Source: Candidatus Woesearchaeota archaeon (lineage in GTDB: Archaea; Nanobdellota; Nanobdellia; Woesearchaeales; SKIA01). From it: a stretch of 64,000 nucleotides of DNA. Made by a program: the position numbers and the translations under genes. Shown here piece by piece: positions 28,354-38,824 of the stretch. Positions within the stretch are counted from its first letter, which is position 1. Each line of letters starts with the position of its first letter. The stretch is from assembly GCA_046704725.1 (NCBI GenBank), contig JBJKRI010000005.1:96001-160000 (forward strand), written 5' to 3'. The notes below the pieces were generated by a model. That model worked only from the letters and a program-made list of their open reading frames with translations. It searched no databases and was not told where the DNA came from.

Positions 28354-29832
28354 TTATCTATTCTGGTTCAGGAGCGCCTCGCGGAGCAAGCGCAGTTCCG
28401 GCCGACCGACGATACGGGCGTACCAGAGATACGCGACGTAGAGGATGCCCGCGATGACGACGCTGACTGCAGCGGCCCACAGGGCGCTCGGCAACACGTC
28501 CTTGAGGATGGCGACCGCGCCCACGAAGACGACGATGCCTCCCAAGGACTTGAGGACGTCCTTGCGCGAGAAGACCGCTCCCCCGATGACGTACCGGCAC
28601 CAGGCCCAGATGACGATGAAGGCGGCGAGCGCTGCGATCGCGGCCCCGGCGATGCCGAGCGTCGGGATGAGGATGAGGTCGAGCACGAGATTGATGCCGA
28701 TGCCAACGAGCATGATGTAGGTGCGTTGGCGCGGCTTCCCCAGGCCGGCGATGATGGAGAAATAGACCTCTCCGAGGGCGCGGAAGAAGAAGGCGGCCGC
28801 GAGGACGCGCAACGCGAGCGCGGCGCCGAGATAAGCGTTGCCGAAGAACAATACGAGGAGGCTCTGGGGGTAGAGCGCGAGGATGAGCGCCGCCGGAAGC
28901 AGGAGGAGCATGGAGAACTTGCCGAGCAATCCCATGCTCTGGCGCACGAAGCTGTCGTCCTTCTGGTGCGTGAAGTGCGCGGTCATGGGCATCATCACGA
29001 GCTTGAGGGGCGTGGTGAAGAACAGCAGGAGGCTGGCGAGGGGGATGGCAGCGTTATAGAGCCCGCTGTCGGTCGCTCCGCGCAACGCGTTGACGAGCAG
29101 CACGTCGAGGCTCGCGATGGTCGCGAGGCCGAGCGTGCTCAAGAGGATCTCTCTCGCGTACTTTCCGAGCTGCTTGTTCGCGGCAGGATCCCATCTCCAG
29201 GATCCCTGCAGGACTGCGCGGTGCGAGCGCAGGAAGAACGCCCAGTACGCGAGGTCGGCGATAGGGGAGAGCGCCCAGGCCAAGCCGATGCCCAGGACGC
29301 CCCAATGGAACGCGTACAAGAAGACGGCGGAGAGCACGAGGATGGTGCCCGTACGGACGGTGTCCGAGCTGCCGTAGGCGAGCGTCTCCTGATAGCCCTG
29401 GAACAGGGTGGTCATGACCTCGCGGAAACTGCTCCCGAGGAAGTAGAACGCGATGAGGATGACAAGATCCGCCGCGAGCGTGCTATGGAATATGACTGAC
29501 GCGAGCGTGCCGCGCAGGATGACCGCGAGCGCGGCGATGACGAGCGACGTGCAGAACACGACGGCCGACACGAGCAAGAGGATGCTGCGCACCTTCTTGG
29601 GGTGCTTCTCCACATATCCCGGCAAGAAGAACACTGCAGCGTTGGTGACGCCGAAGTTCTTGAACGGCATGATGATCGTGAACAATGCGATGACCGCGTA
29701 GAGGACGCCGTACTCCGCGACAGGGATGGTGTGCGTGTAGAGCACGCGCGTGAGGAAAGCGATGAGGACCCCGAGCAGCGAGAAGCCGAAGACGAAGAGG
29801 GTCTCGCGCAAGAATCGGCGTTTCACGTCCAT
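28354..29832 (-). CDS. Oligosaccharide flippase (Wzx/MOP family)
   Basis: ~14 TM segments; EYG, GLYNAA, LIPTLGIAGAAIA. Confidence 0.9.
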   Translation of the reverse strand: MDVKRRFLRETLFVFGFSLLGVLIAFLTRVLYTHTIPVAEYGVLYAVIALFTIIMPFKNFGVTNAAVFFLPGYVEKHPKKVRSILLLVSAVVFCTSLVIAALAVILRGTLASVIFHSTLAADLVILIAFYFLGSSFREVMTTLFQGYQETLAYGSSDTVRTGTILVLSAVFLYAFHWGVLGIGLAWALSPIADLAYWAFFLRSHRAVLQGSWRWDPAANKQLGKYAREILLSTLGLATIASLDVLLVNALRGATDSGLYNAAIPLASLLLFFTTPLKLVMMPMTAHFTHQKDDSFVRQSMGLLGKFSMLLLLPAALILALYPQSLLVLFFGNAYLGAALALRVLAAAFFFRALGEVYFSIIAGLGKPRQRTYIMLVGIGINLVLDLILIPTLGIAGAAIAALAAFIVIWAWCRYVIGGAVFSRKDVLKSLGGIVVFVGAVAILKDVLPSALWAAAVSVVIAGILYVAYLWYARIVGRPELRLLREALLNQNR

Positions 29833-29884
29833 GGAACGCCTGAGGGCGTGATACCTTTAAATACGCTTCCTGCCGCCCCCGCCC

Positions 29885-31642
29885 ATGCGCATCCTCGGAC
29901 TCATCATCGGCCACGACGGCAGCGCCGCCCTCATCAAGGACGGGAAGGTCGTCGCCGCGATGCACGAGGAACGGCTCAGCCGCATCAAGAAGGACATCAG
30001 CTTCCCGCGGGAAGCCATCAAGGAATGCCTACGCATCGGCAAGCTCAAGCCCGAGGACATCGACGCGGTGGCGGTCGCGGGAGCGCGCGACACCGCGTCC
30101 CGTGCACAGCTCGAATTCATCTACCACCGCAAGCGGATAGGAAAGGTGCGCGGGGTGGCGAGCAGGACCGCGCTCAAGCTCGGCGCGCCGTCGGCGGCGG
30201 ACCAGTACCTGCGCGCAGCGCTCTCCGAGCTCGGCATCGACGCGCCCATCAGACGATACAACCATCACCGCTGCCACGCGGCCTCCGGCTACTACACCGC
30301 CGGCCTCAAGGACCCGCTCGTCATCACGCTCGACGGGGCGGGGGACACGTACGCGGGAACAGTGAGCATCATCAACAACGGGAAGCTCAGCCAGCTCCAC
30401 ACCGTGGCCATCACGGACAGCCCGGGCATGTTCTACTCGGGAGTCACCAAGCACCTCGGTCTTCGGCCGCTGCGCCACGAGGGGAAGGTCACCGGGCTCG
30501 CCGCGTACGGGAACCCCGACACCTACCACGAAGCGCTCAAACGCATCCTCTGGTACGAGCACGGCGGGAGGGACCTCGTCTCGAAGGAGTTCCGGGAGAT
30601 CGAGCGCCGCATCCCCAAAGCCGTGATGGACTTCGCGTTCGACCTCGCCCGCGGACAGGACACGCAGCTCTCCTACCGCGCGAACGCCATGCGGAGGGTC
30701 TTCGAACGCATCCTGCCGGAAGTGCGCTCCGTGAAACAGGACCGGAAGATAGCCGAGGACATCGCGGCCGCAGCGCAGCGCATCCTCGAGCAAGCGGTCG
30801 TGGCCTTCGCAGAGTACTGGCTCAAGGAGACCGGAAAACGCGAGATCATCCTCGCCGGAGGCATCTTCGGCAACGTCAAGCTCAACCAGCGCATCCACGA
30901 ACTGCCGCAGGTCGACCATATCGTCGTGCACCCAGCGATGGGCGACGAGGGGCTCGGCGTGGGAGCCGCGCTGCTCGACCACGCGCTCCAGACGGGGTCG
31001 AAGCCCTACCGCATCAACGACGTCTACTTCGGGCCGTCATACACGGACGAGGAGATGCTCGCGGCCGCCAAGCGCCACGGCGTGAAGCTCACGCGCATGA
31101 GAAGCCCTGCCAAGGAGATCGCGTCGCTGCTCGCCGACGGGAAGGTCATCGGGCACTTCAACGGACGCATGGAGTACGGACCGCGCGCCCTGGGCAACCG
31201 CACGATCCTCGCATTGCCGACTGACGCGTCCATCAACGACTGGCTCAACAAGCGCCTGCGCCGCACCGAATACATGCCCTTCGCGCCGATCATCCTCGAG
31301 GACGCCCTGCCCAAGTGCTACGCGGGAACGCCGGGAGCGAAGTTCACGGCGCAGTTCATGACCATCACCTTCGACGTCAAGCCGCCATGGCCAAAGAAAG
31401 CGCCCGCGGTATCGCACATCGACAACACCGCGCGCCCGCAGGCCGTCACCAAGAAGACGAACGCCCGGGCGCACGCCATCCTCACCGAGCTCAAGAAGAA
31501 GACCGGACTGCCGCTGTGCATCAACACGAGCTTCAACATGCACGAGGAGCCCATCGTGTGCAGCCCGGACGACGCGCTGCGCGCCTTCAAGGCGGGGAGC
31601 GTGGACGTGCTCGTCCTCGGGTCCTACCGCACGCAAACATAG
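29885..31642 (+). CDS. Carbamoyltransferase (NodU/CmcH family)
   Basis: GHDGSAAL, EERLSRIK, HHRCHAAS, TLDGAGD, EGKVTGLAAYG, EYGPRALGNR, PFAP, NTSFNMHEEPIV. Confidence 0.95.
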   Translation: MRILGLIIGHDGSAALIKDGKVVAAMHEERLSRIKKDISFPREAIKECLRIGKLKPEDIDAVAVAGARDTASRAQLEFIYHRKRIGKVRGVASRTALKLGAPSAADQYLRAALSELGIDAPIRRYNHHRCHAASGYYTAGLKDPLVITLDGAGDTYAGTVSIINNGKLSQLHTVAITDSPGMFYSGVTKHLGLRPLRHEGKVTGLAAYGNPDTYHEALKRILWYEHGGRDLVSKEFREIERRIPKAVMDFAFDLARGQDTQLSYRANAMRRVFERILPEVRSVKQDRKIAEDIAAAAQRILEQAVVAFAEYWLKETGKREIILAGGIFGNVKLNQRIHELPQVDHIVVHPAMGDEGLGVGAALLDHALQTGSKPYRINDVYFGPSYTDEEMLAAAKRHGVKLTRMRSPAKEIASLLADGKVIGHFNGRMEYGPRALGNRTILALPTDASINDWLNKRLRRTEYMPFAPIILEDALPKCYAGTPGAKFTAQFMTITFDVKPPWPKKAPAVSHIDNTARPQAVTKKTNARAHAILTELKKKTGLPLCINTSFNMHEEPIVCSPDDALRAFKAGSVDVLVLGSYRTQT

Positions 31643-31669
31643 ATAAACAGCGCCCGGATGAAGCGGTAG

Positions 31670-32815
31670 ATGCGCGTGCTCTACACGGGACGGAACCTGC
31701 GCCTGCGACGGCGCGAGATGATCGCGCACCCGCCGCCAGGCGTGGAGTACGTGACCGAATACCCCTTGTCGTCGCAGCCCCCCGAGCACAAGCTCAGCAA
31801 CCCGAAGCGCACGCTGTCGTACCGGCTGCAACGGTTCGCGCTGCACCTGATATGGATGTTGCGGCTGCCGAACGTGCGCAACGTCGACATCCCGGAAGGG
31901 GTCGACGTCATCCACACGCCCGGACAGCTCCTGCGGACGACCACGCCATACGTGGTGGAGGTGGACAATCCGACCTGCCTGTCGTTCTACAACAGCGCCC
32001 TTGTCACCTCGCGGCTGGCGCGCTGGCTCGTGCGCCGCCACCTCCGGAGAGAGGCTTTCCGCGGCTTCGTCTGCATGTCCGAAGCGAGCAGGCACGCGTT
32101 GTCGCAACTATTCCCCGAATACGCCAAGCGCATGCACGTCGCCTACCCATACGTCGCCGATCCGCATGGAAAGCCACGGAAGCCGCGCGCGCCGCGATTC
32201 CTGTTCAGCAGCACGCAGTTCTCCTACAAGGGCGGGCGGCAACTGCTCGAGGCGTTCGGAGCGCTCAACGGCGAAGCGACGCTCACCCTCCTCACCAAGC
32301 GGAGCAGCCTCGACGAGCAGACGCTCGAGCGCATCGAGAAGGACGAACGCATCACCCTCATCGAAGCGAAGCTCAGCAAGGAGGAGGTCTGGAGACTGTT
32401 CGCGAGGCACGACGTATTCGTCGTGCCGACCCTCATGGACAGCTTCGGCATGGTCTTCCTCGAGGCCATCGCGAGCGGGCTCGCGGTCATCGCGACAGAC
32501 CTGTACGCGCTCCCCGAGATGGTATCCACGGACAATGGCTTTCTCGTCGAGCCGCCCATACGCTACTTCGACAAGAAGGACCTGCCCAACCCGCGCTGGT
32601 GGTCGGCGGCGCGCATCACCCGGTACGCGGACACGCACGCGCTGCCTGAATACACCGCCGAGATCAAGAACGCGATGCAGCATTATGTGGACGACCGCAA
32701 GCTCGTCGAAAAGCACTCGCGCGCGAGCCTCAAGCGCTACAAGGAGCGCTTCTCGGAGAAGCGACGGCAAGAGGCGCTGCTCGAAGCCTATACGAGCGCC
32801 CGGAGGAAGCCCTGA
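31670..32815 (+). CDS. Glycosyltransferase family 4
   Basis: KGG, DSFGMVFLEAIASG, NGFLV. Confidence 0.9.
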   Translation: MRVLYTGRNLRLRRREMIAHPPPGVEYVTEYPLSSQPPEHKLSNPKRTLSYRLQRFALHLIWMLRLPNVRNVDIPEGVDVIHTPGQLLRTTTPYVVEVDNPTCLSFYNSALVTSRLARWLVRRHLRREAFRGFVCMSEASRHALSQLFPEYAKRMHVAYPYVADPHGKPRKPRAPRFLFSSTQFSYKGGRQLLEAFGALNGEATLTLLTKRSSLDEQTLERIEKDERITLIEAKLSKEEVWRLFARHDVFVVPTLMDSFGMVFLEAIASGLAVIATDLYALPEMVSTDNGFLVEPPIRYFDKKDLPNPRWWSAARITRYADTHALPEYTAEIKNAMQHYVDDRKLVEKHSRASLKRYKERFSEKRRQEALLEAYTSARRKP

Positions 32816-34569
32816 TGTGCGGCATCCTCGGCGTGCTCGACTGGAACGGGAAGCTCCCGCCGCGCAAGGAGTTCGCCGCCCGCGTCAGGGAACTGCAGGA
32901 CCGGGGACCCGACGGCCAGGGCGTGGAGCAGGGCGCGTGGTACCTGCTCGGCCATGCGCGCTTGTCCATCATCGACCTGTCGGTGCGGGCGGACCAGCCC
33001 ATGCGTCGCGGCGACCGCACCATCGTGTTCAACGGGGAGATCTACAACTACGCTGAACTGCGCGACGAGCTCAAGGAGAACGGGCATCAGTTCACCACGA
33101 CATCGGACACCGAGGTCGTGCTCGCCGCCTACGCTGAATGGGGGGATCGCTGCGTCGACCGGTTCGAGGGGATGTGGGCGCTGTGCATCATCGACCACCG
33201 CACGCGCGAGGCGTTCCTCGCGCGCGACCCGACCGGGCAGAAGCCATTGTTCTATCATTCCGGCAAGGGACGGCTCGTCTTCGGCTCGCGTCTCTCCACA
33301 GTAGGCGGGATGTGCGGGGCGAACAAGCTCGACCGGGAAGCGTTGGTGGCGTACCTCGCGGAGAGCTTCCGGCACGCGCCATGGGACCTCACGTTCCGCG
33401 CGGGAGTCAAGCAACTGCCGCCGGGACACGTGATGCACTGCAAGAAAGGACGGTGCCGCATCGCCGAACGGTTCTCGCCGGACTTCACCGTGCGGCCCGG
33501 AGCCGAGAAAGATTATCCCGCGATGATCGACAGGATGGTGCGCGCGACGACGGTCAGCGACGCCCCTGTCGGCGTGCTCTTGTCGGGAGGCGTGGACTCC
33601 GCGACGGTGTGCGCGCACCTGCCCAAGGATATCACCGCGTTCACCATCGCGTTCTCGGAGAAGGACACGGAACTGCTGCACGCGCGGAAGATCGCGAAAG
33701 CGCTCGGCATCCGTCACGAGACGATCCTGCTGGACAAGAAGCGCGTGGAGCACGAGCTCCTCGACCAGCTCGAAGAGCTCACGGAGAGCACGGGAGAACC
33801 GGTGGCATTGCTGCAGATGGCGTACACGCAGATCATCGCCGAGCGCGTCAGGAAGAAAGGCATCAAGGTGTTGTTGTCGGGGAACGGCGGGGATGAGCTC
33901 TTCTACGGCTACAACACCGCGCACTGGCTGCGCCTCGCCGATACCGTGGTCCCCGGACCGCTGGGAAAACGCATCAAGCCGTGGATGTACCGCAAGCGCT
34001 TCGACGATGCCAAGGCGTTGCTCGCCGACGACGCGCCGACACCGTCGTTCCCGGAACGGTTCCCCGTCCCCGACGGGGTGGCGCGCTCGTTCTATTGGTA
34101 CGGACTGCGCGTGGAGAACGAGCACAGCGTGACCGTCGTCGCCGACCGCGGCGGTATGAGCCGCGGCGTGGAGATTCGCTCGCCGTTCCTCACGCAGGGG
34201 ATGGTGCGCTATAGCCTGCAAGTGCCGACGCGCGCGAAGATCGGCAGCCTGTGGAACGACGCGGACAACAAGCACCTCATGCGCGAACACCTGCGTACAG
34301 TGCTTCCCGCTTCGCTCGCGGACGCCCCGAAGAAGGGATTCGGCTGGGATCTGCGCGTGCCGGAGCTCATCCGGACGGCCTGGAAAGAACGCTTCCAGAC
34401 GAAGCTGGAATTCCTGGAGAAGAGCGGGCTGTTCAAGGAAGGGGTGCTGCGCGCTCTGCTCGATGCGCATCTCGCGGGTGACGACCATAATGCGCTCCTC
34501 GTAAAGTGCTACACCCTTGCGTGCTGGCTGAAAAGCGATAGTCATTTAAGTATTGGCGTGGGGCGCTAG
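32815..34569 (+). CDS. asnB: AsnB-family glutamine amidotransferase (likely glycan amidation)
   Basis: MCGI, RGPD, HARLSIID, FNGEIYN, LLSGGVDS, SGNGGDELF, EIRSPFL, KKGF. Confidence 0.92.
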   Translation: MCGILGVLDWNGKLPPRKEFAARVRELQDRGPDGQGVEQGAWYLLGHARLSIIDLSVRADQPMRRGDRTIVFNGEIYNYAELRDELKENGHQFTTTSDTEVVLAAYAEWGDRCVDRFEGMWALCIIDHRTREAFLARDPTGQKPLFYHSGKGRLVFGSRLSTVGGMCGANKLDREALVAYLAESFRHAPWDLTFRAGVKQLPPGHVMHCKKGRCRIAERFSPDFTVRPGAEKDYPAMIDRMVRATTVSDAPVGVLLSGGVDSATVCAHLPKDITAFTIAFSEKDTELLHARKIAKALGIRHETILLDKKRVEHELLDQLEELTESTGEPVALLQMAYTQIIAERVRKKGIKVLLSGNGGDELFYGYNTAHWLRLADTVVPGPLGKRIKPWMYRKRFDDAKALLADDAPTPSFPERFPVPDGVARSFYWYGLRVENEHSVTVVADRGGMSRGVEIRSPFLTQGMVRYSLQVPTRAKIGSLWNDADNKHLMREHLRTVLPASLADAPKKGFGWDLRVPELIRTAWKERFQTKLEFLEKSGLFKEGVLRALLDAHLAGDDHNALLVKCYTLACWLKSDSHLSIGVGR

Positions 34570-34572
34570 ACC

Positions 34573-35175
34573 GTGGAAAGCGCAACCGATAGCGAGACCG
34601 GAAGGACGCGATGGCGATACGTCCCCCCGCGGGGCGTCCGACGGTTCTTCAACAAGGAGCAACGCGTGCTCGATGTTGGCGCGGCGAACGTCGGTCTTGC
34701 TGAATGGGGAAAGCAGACCTTCGGCGGATTCAAGTCGTACACCATGATGGACATCTCGAAGCCCGCGATCGAGCAAGCGAAGAAGAGCGGGTACCAGGGA
34801 GTCCTGGGTGACTGCACGAAGGACTGGCCGCTCCCTGACAACTCGTTCGACGTCGTGCTCGCATCGCACATCATCGAGCACCTCCAATACCAGGAGGCCG
34901 CGCACTTCCTCAAGGAAGCGCGACGCGTCCTCGCTCCAGGAGGGCGCATCATCGTCGTGACGCCGTCCACCGCGGCGTGGTTCTTCTGGTCCGAGTGGAC
35001 GCACGTGCGTCCGCACAACCACGTGAGCCTGCACAACATGCTGCGGGACAACGGATACAAGGATGTGGTCTGGGACTATCCGCGCTCCGTGCTCCCGCTC
35101 TTCGTGAAACGATATCTCTCGAAACTTCCGGTACATTTTTCTCTGCGTGAGGTCTCCGCGACCGGTACGAGATGA
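34573..35175 (+). CDS. Class I SAM-dependent methyltransferase
   Basis: VLDVGAA, PLPDNSFDVV, HIIEHL, RVLAPGG. Confidence 0.88.
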   Translation: MESATDSETGRTRWRYVPPRGVRRFFNKEQRVLDVGAANVGLAEWGKQTFGGFKSYTMMDISKPAIEQAKKSGYQGVLGDCTKDWPLPDNSFDVVLASHIIEHLQYQEAAHFLKEARRVLAPGGRIIVVTPSTAAWFFWSEWTHVRPHNHVSLHNMLRDNGYKDVVWDYPRSVLPLFVKRYLSKLPVHFSLREVSATGTR

Positions 35176-36098
35176 GCTTGCCAACCTTCTTCATCGTCGG
35201 CGCGCAGAAGAGCGGCACGACTACGCTGTACAGCCACCTTAGCGGGGTCGAAGGCGTGTACATGAGCCCCATCAAGGAGCCGAACCACTTCTGCACCGAC
35301 CTGAACGAGCACCTCGCGGAGAAGTTCAACAAGGGCATGCTCTTCGACCGCAAGAAGTACTTCTCCACCCAACCGCTCAAGCAGTTCCACATGGCGTACA
35401 TCACCGACTGGAAGGACTACCAGAAGCTGTTCTTTGCAGGGAAGGACGCGAGGGTGCGCGGAGAGGCGAGCACCAACTACCTGTACTCGACGGTCGCCGC
35501 GAAGAACATCAAGAAGCGCGTCCCCGACGCGAAGATCGTCATCATCGTGCGCGACCCGGTCAAGCGCGCCTTCAGCCACTACCTCATGGATCTCGGCGAC
35601 GGCGATAAGCTCCCGCCGTTCGACGAGGCGATTCATCTCGAGAACAACTGGCTGCGCGACGACCATCACCATAAGAACCGCTTCGTGGACTTCGGCATGT
35701 ACTACGAGCAGGTCAAGCGATACACGGACGCGTTCGGCAAGGAGAACGTGCTCGTGCTGCTCCTCGACGACCTCAAGGACGAGCCGGACAAGACGATGCG
35801 GCGCCTGCTCTCGTTCATCGGATTGCCGAAAGCGAGATTCTCCCTGGACACGGAACGCACCAACATCCGGGCCGTGCCGAAGAGCGGCCTCACGCAGTTC
35901 CTCATGCGGCAGAAACGTTTGCGGGCGTTCCTCGTGGGGCTCATGCCGCGGCGGTTCAAGAGATGGCTCATCGGCATCCTGTTCAGCGCCAAGCCGAAGC
36001 AAGGCATGAGCGACGCCGCACGGGAGGAACTGCGGGAACTGTTCGCGCCCGACGTGAAGAAGCTCGAGCGCCTCATCGGCCGGAAGACCGGCTGGTGA
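35172..36098 (+). CDS. Sulfotransferase
   Basis: GAQKSGTT (5'-PSB), KEP..F, GEAS..Y, RDPVKRAFSHY (3'-PB). Confidence 0.93.
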   Translation: MSLPTFFIVGAQKSGTTTLYSHLSGVEGVYMSPIKEPNHFCTDLNEHLAEKFNKGMLFDRKKYFSTQPLKQFHMAYITDWKDYQKLFFAGKDARVRGEASTNYLYSTVAAKNIKKRVPDAKIVIIVRDPVKRAFSHYLMDLGDGDKLPPFDEAIHLENNWLRDDHHHKNRFVDFGMYYEQVKRYTDAFGKENVLVLLLDDLKDEPDKTMRRLLSFIGLPKARFSLDTERTNIRAVPKSGLTQFLMRQKRLRAFLVGLMPRRFKRWLIGILFSAKPKQGMSDAAREELRELFAPDVKKLERLIGRKTGW

Positions 36099-36110
36099 GC
36101 GCCCCTGACG

Positions 36111-36338
36111 TCACTTCCTCTCGTCGGCATGGACAACGCCCCAGGAAACGGCTCCCCAAACACGCTCGTGCACGTAATAGATGATGAACTTGAGCACGAT
36201 CTCTATCGCTCCTAATCCGAGAGCGAGACCGATCTCGCCGGTGAATATCCACACGAGGCTTACGGTGGTGAGGGTCGCGAGGATACGAAACGTCACGCTC
36301 TTGAACACGCTTCTCGCACGAGTCTCCGTTATCTTCAT
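36111..36338 (-). CDS. DUF2061-like small membrane protein
   Basis: ETRARSVFKSVTFR...YYVHERVW..VSWG. Confidence 0.85.
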   Translation of the reverse strand: MKITETRARSVFKSVTFRILATLTTVSLVWIFTGEIGLALGLGAIEIVLKFIIYYVHERVWGAVSWGVVHADERK

Positions 36339-36398
36339 CGCATGCGCTCTTCCTGCACGGCAGCACGCCGCACACGACGCGAGCCGGCCGATACGTAT

Positions 36399-37358
36399 TT
36401 ATGCCTTGTGCACGCGCGCCATCGTCTCGACGATGGTGGGAAGGTCGCTGTGCGTGGGAGTCCAGCCCAAGACCGTTCTTGCGCGCGTCGCGTCGGCGTA
36501 GACGACGGCGGGATCGCCCCGCCGCCGCGGACCGACCGTGACGGGGAAATCGTGGATCCTCTGCACCGCGTCAACGCACTCACGCACGGAAAGCGCCTTT
36601 CCAGTGCCGAGATTGAGGATGAGTCCCTTATCGCCGAGATGCTGCAATGCCTTGACGTGCGCGTCGGCGAGGTCGGTGACGTGGATGTAGTCGCGCAGGC
36701 ACGTCCCGTCGGGCGTGTCATAATCATCGCCGAAGATCGTGACGCCGTCACGCTGGCCGTCCGCCGCTTCGAAGAGGATGGGCAGCAGGTTCTGCGGGTC
36801 CTTCTCGGGCGTCGTCAGCCTGCCGTCGGGGTCGAAGCCCACGGCGTTGAAGTAGCGCAGGGCGGCGTAGCGGACGTGCTTGAGACGCCCGTGCCAGTCC
36901 AAGAGCTCCTCCACGGTTTTCTTGGTGTAGCCGTACACGCTCTCCGGCCTGAGCGGGTGCTCCTCCGTGATGGGAAGCTGCTGCGGCTCGCCGTAGACGG
37001 CCGCGCTGCTCGAGAACACGATGTCCCGTACGCCGTGGCGGTGCATGGCAGCCAATACTTGGATGCTCCCGCCGATGTTGTGCTCGGCGTACAGCTCGGG
37101 CCGCTCCATGCTCTCGCCGACCGCTTTCTTCGCGGCGAGGTGGATGACCGCATCAATGTCATGAGAATTGAACAAGCGATCGAGGTCGGTGGCGCTGCGC
37201 ACGTCACCCTTGACAAAAGGCGCTCCGGTCGCGTCCACGTTGGATTGCTGTCCGGTGGACAAGTCGTCGAAGACGACCGTTTCGTGACCGGCGTCCCGCA
37301 GGGCGAGCACGACGTGGCTGCCGATATAGCCGGCCCCTCCGAGCACTGCGACGCGCAT
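36399..37358 (-). CDS. galE: UDP-glucose 4-epimerase
   Basis: GGAGYIGSH, FSSSAAVYG, YGYTK, LRYFN, DGTCLRDYIHV. Confidence 0.95.
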   Translation of the reverse strand: MRVAVLGGAGYIGSHVVLALRDAGHETVVFDDLSTGQQSNVDATGAPFVKGDVRSATDLDRLFNSHDIDAVIHLAAKKAVGESMERPELYAEHNIGGSIQVLAAMHRHGVRDIVFSSSAAVYGEPQQLPITEEHPLRPESVYGYTKKTVEELLDWHGRLKHVRYAALRYFNAVGFDPDGRLTTPEKDPQNLLPILFEAADGQRDGVTIFGDDYDTPDGTCLRDYIHVTDLADAHVKALQHLGDKGLILNLGTGKALSVRECVDAVQRIHDFPVTVGPRRRGDPAVVYADATRARTVLGWTPTHSDLPTIVETMARVHKA

Positions 37359-37419
37359 GCGTTCTCCGTGCTCCCGCCGTTCTTAAGTCTTCGGTATTGG
37401 ATTATGGAGGAGGGGAGGC

Positions 37420-37602
37420 TTACGCCTCCACCAATTCCTCTTCCACCTGTCCTTCCAGGACCTTCTCCATGTAGGCCACGGGCTTTATCTCCGTGATCGT
37501 GGTCTGGAAGACGATGTGCTGGCCGCTCTTCGAGCGCCACATGCGTGTCTTGATGATCGGCTGATCGCGCAGCTGATCCTCTTTCTTGTTGGTCAAACCC
37601 AT
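37420..37602 (-). CDS. Small hypothetical protein
   Basis: 60-aa ORF with GGTGAT Shine-Dalgarno upstream and typical codon usage. Confidence 0.75.
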   Translation of the reverse strand: MGLTNKKEDQLRDQPIIKTRMWRSKSGQHIVFQTTITEIKPVAYMEKVLEGQVEEELVEA

Positions 37603-37698
37603 ATGTATCACCGCTCCTTGCTCCGCTGATGGCGTTCAAAGGGCTATCGCGCGATGAACGGCAAAAGGGAGCGTCCTTATCGGCTCGATGTCGCTTTC

Positions 37699-38610
37699 TC
37701 AGGAAGCTTTCCGGACGGCCACCAGGAAGAAGCCCTGGGTTCCGTGGCGATGGGGCCACAGGCGCCGCGCCTTGGCCATATCCGTGCGGAAGGATTTTCC
37801 GGCGAACGACGTGAGGGCGGGGTCGCCGATACGCAGTCCCGTGTCGACGAGGGACTCGTCGGTAAGGGTGCTCGTCAATAGCTGCTCGTCCTCCTCGGGC
37901 TCCAAAGAGCACGTGCTGTAGACGAGGATGCCGCCGGGCTTGAGCACGGCGAGCGCTGCGCGGAGCAAGCGCTGCTGGAGGCGGGCGCGTCCCTGCGGGT
38001 CGTGGGGCTGGCGTTTTTTCAACCATCCTTTCTCGACGGCGAAGTTGCCGCTGCACGGCGCGTCGAGCAGGACTGCGTCGAAAGTCATACCTAGGTCCTG
38101 CACGTGACGGCCGTCCTTGAGGTATGCGTGCACATTCTCGGTGCCGCAGCGCTCGAGATTGCTGGTGAGGGCTTGTGCGCGCCGCCGGTCGGCGTCGGTC
38201 GCGACGAGCGTTCCTGTGTTCCGCATCAACGCGGACAGCTGCGTGGTCTTGCTGCCCGGGGCGGCGGTCATGTCGAGGACGGTGGATGTTGTGATATCCT
38301 TTCCCGCTCTCTTCAAGGCGTGTGCGAGAGCGAGCGCCGGCAATTGGGAGGCGGCCTCCTGCAGGTAGTACAATCCGAGCAGGTATTCCTCGGTGGCTCC
38401 CAACGAGAATGGCGCCTCGTACCAGAAGGCGTCCGGCAAGAAGGGCACGGGCACGAGCTTCACGCCGCGCTTTTCCAGGCGCTGCTTGAGCTTCTTGGAC
38501 GTGGTCTTGAGCGTGTTGACGCGCAGGCACGGCCTGATCGTGAAGTCGAGGATGCGCTCGGGGCTGTCGCCGGTCATCTCCGCGTAGCGGTTGATGAAAT
38601 AGTCCGCCAT
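37699..38610 (-). CDS. RsmB/NOP2-family RNA m5C methyltransferase
   Basis: RVNTLK, YLQEAAS, LDMTAAPGSKT, LLDAPCSG, VYSTCS. Confidence 0.93.
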   Translation of the reverse strand: MADYFINRYAEMTGDSPERILDFTIRPCLRVNTLKTTSKKLKQRLEKRGVKLVPVPFLPDAFWYEAPFSLGATEEYLLGLYYLQEAASQLPALALAHALKRAGKDITTSTVLDMTAAPGSKTTQLSALMRNTGTLVATDADRRRAQALTSNLERCGTENVHAYLKDGRHVQDLGMTFDAVLLDAPCSGNFAVEKGWLKKRQPHDPQGRARLQQRLLRAALAVLKPGGILVYSTCSLEPEEDEQLLTSTLTDESLVDTGLRIGDPALTSFAGKSFRTDMAKARRLWPHRHGTQGFFLVAVRKAS

Positions 38611-38660
38611 GCGCGGGAAAGCACCGCAGAGCTTATAAATGGATGCGCGTTCGCCCAGAA

Positions 38661-38771
38661 TGGACGGTCACAGTGCCGTGGTTCACCCGGTCCCATTTCG
38701 AACCCGGAAGTTAAGCACGGCGACGTTCCGCGTGGTACTGCCATCCGGCGGGAAGCGCGGTTCGCTGTCCA
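38661..38771 (+). rRNA. rrf: 5S ribosomal RNA (stand-alone)
   Basis: Helix I TGGACGG/CTGTCCA; CACCCGGTCCCATTTCGAACCCGGAAGTTAAGC; loop E GTACTG...GGGAA; TTATAAA promoter upstream. Confidence 0.92.
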
Positions 38772-38824
38772 CCTCTTCTCCACTCTTGCGTAAATGCTAA
38801 ATACGATGGGCCGTGCGCGCATGG

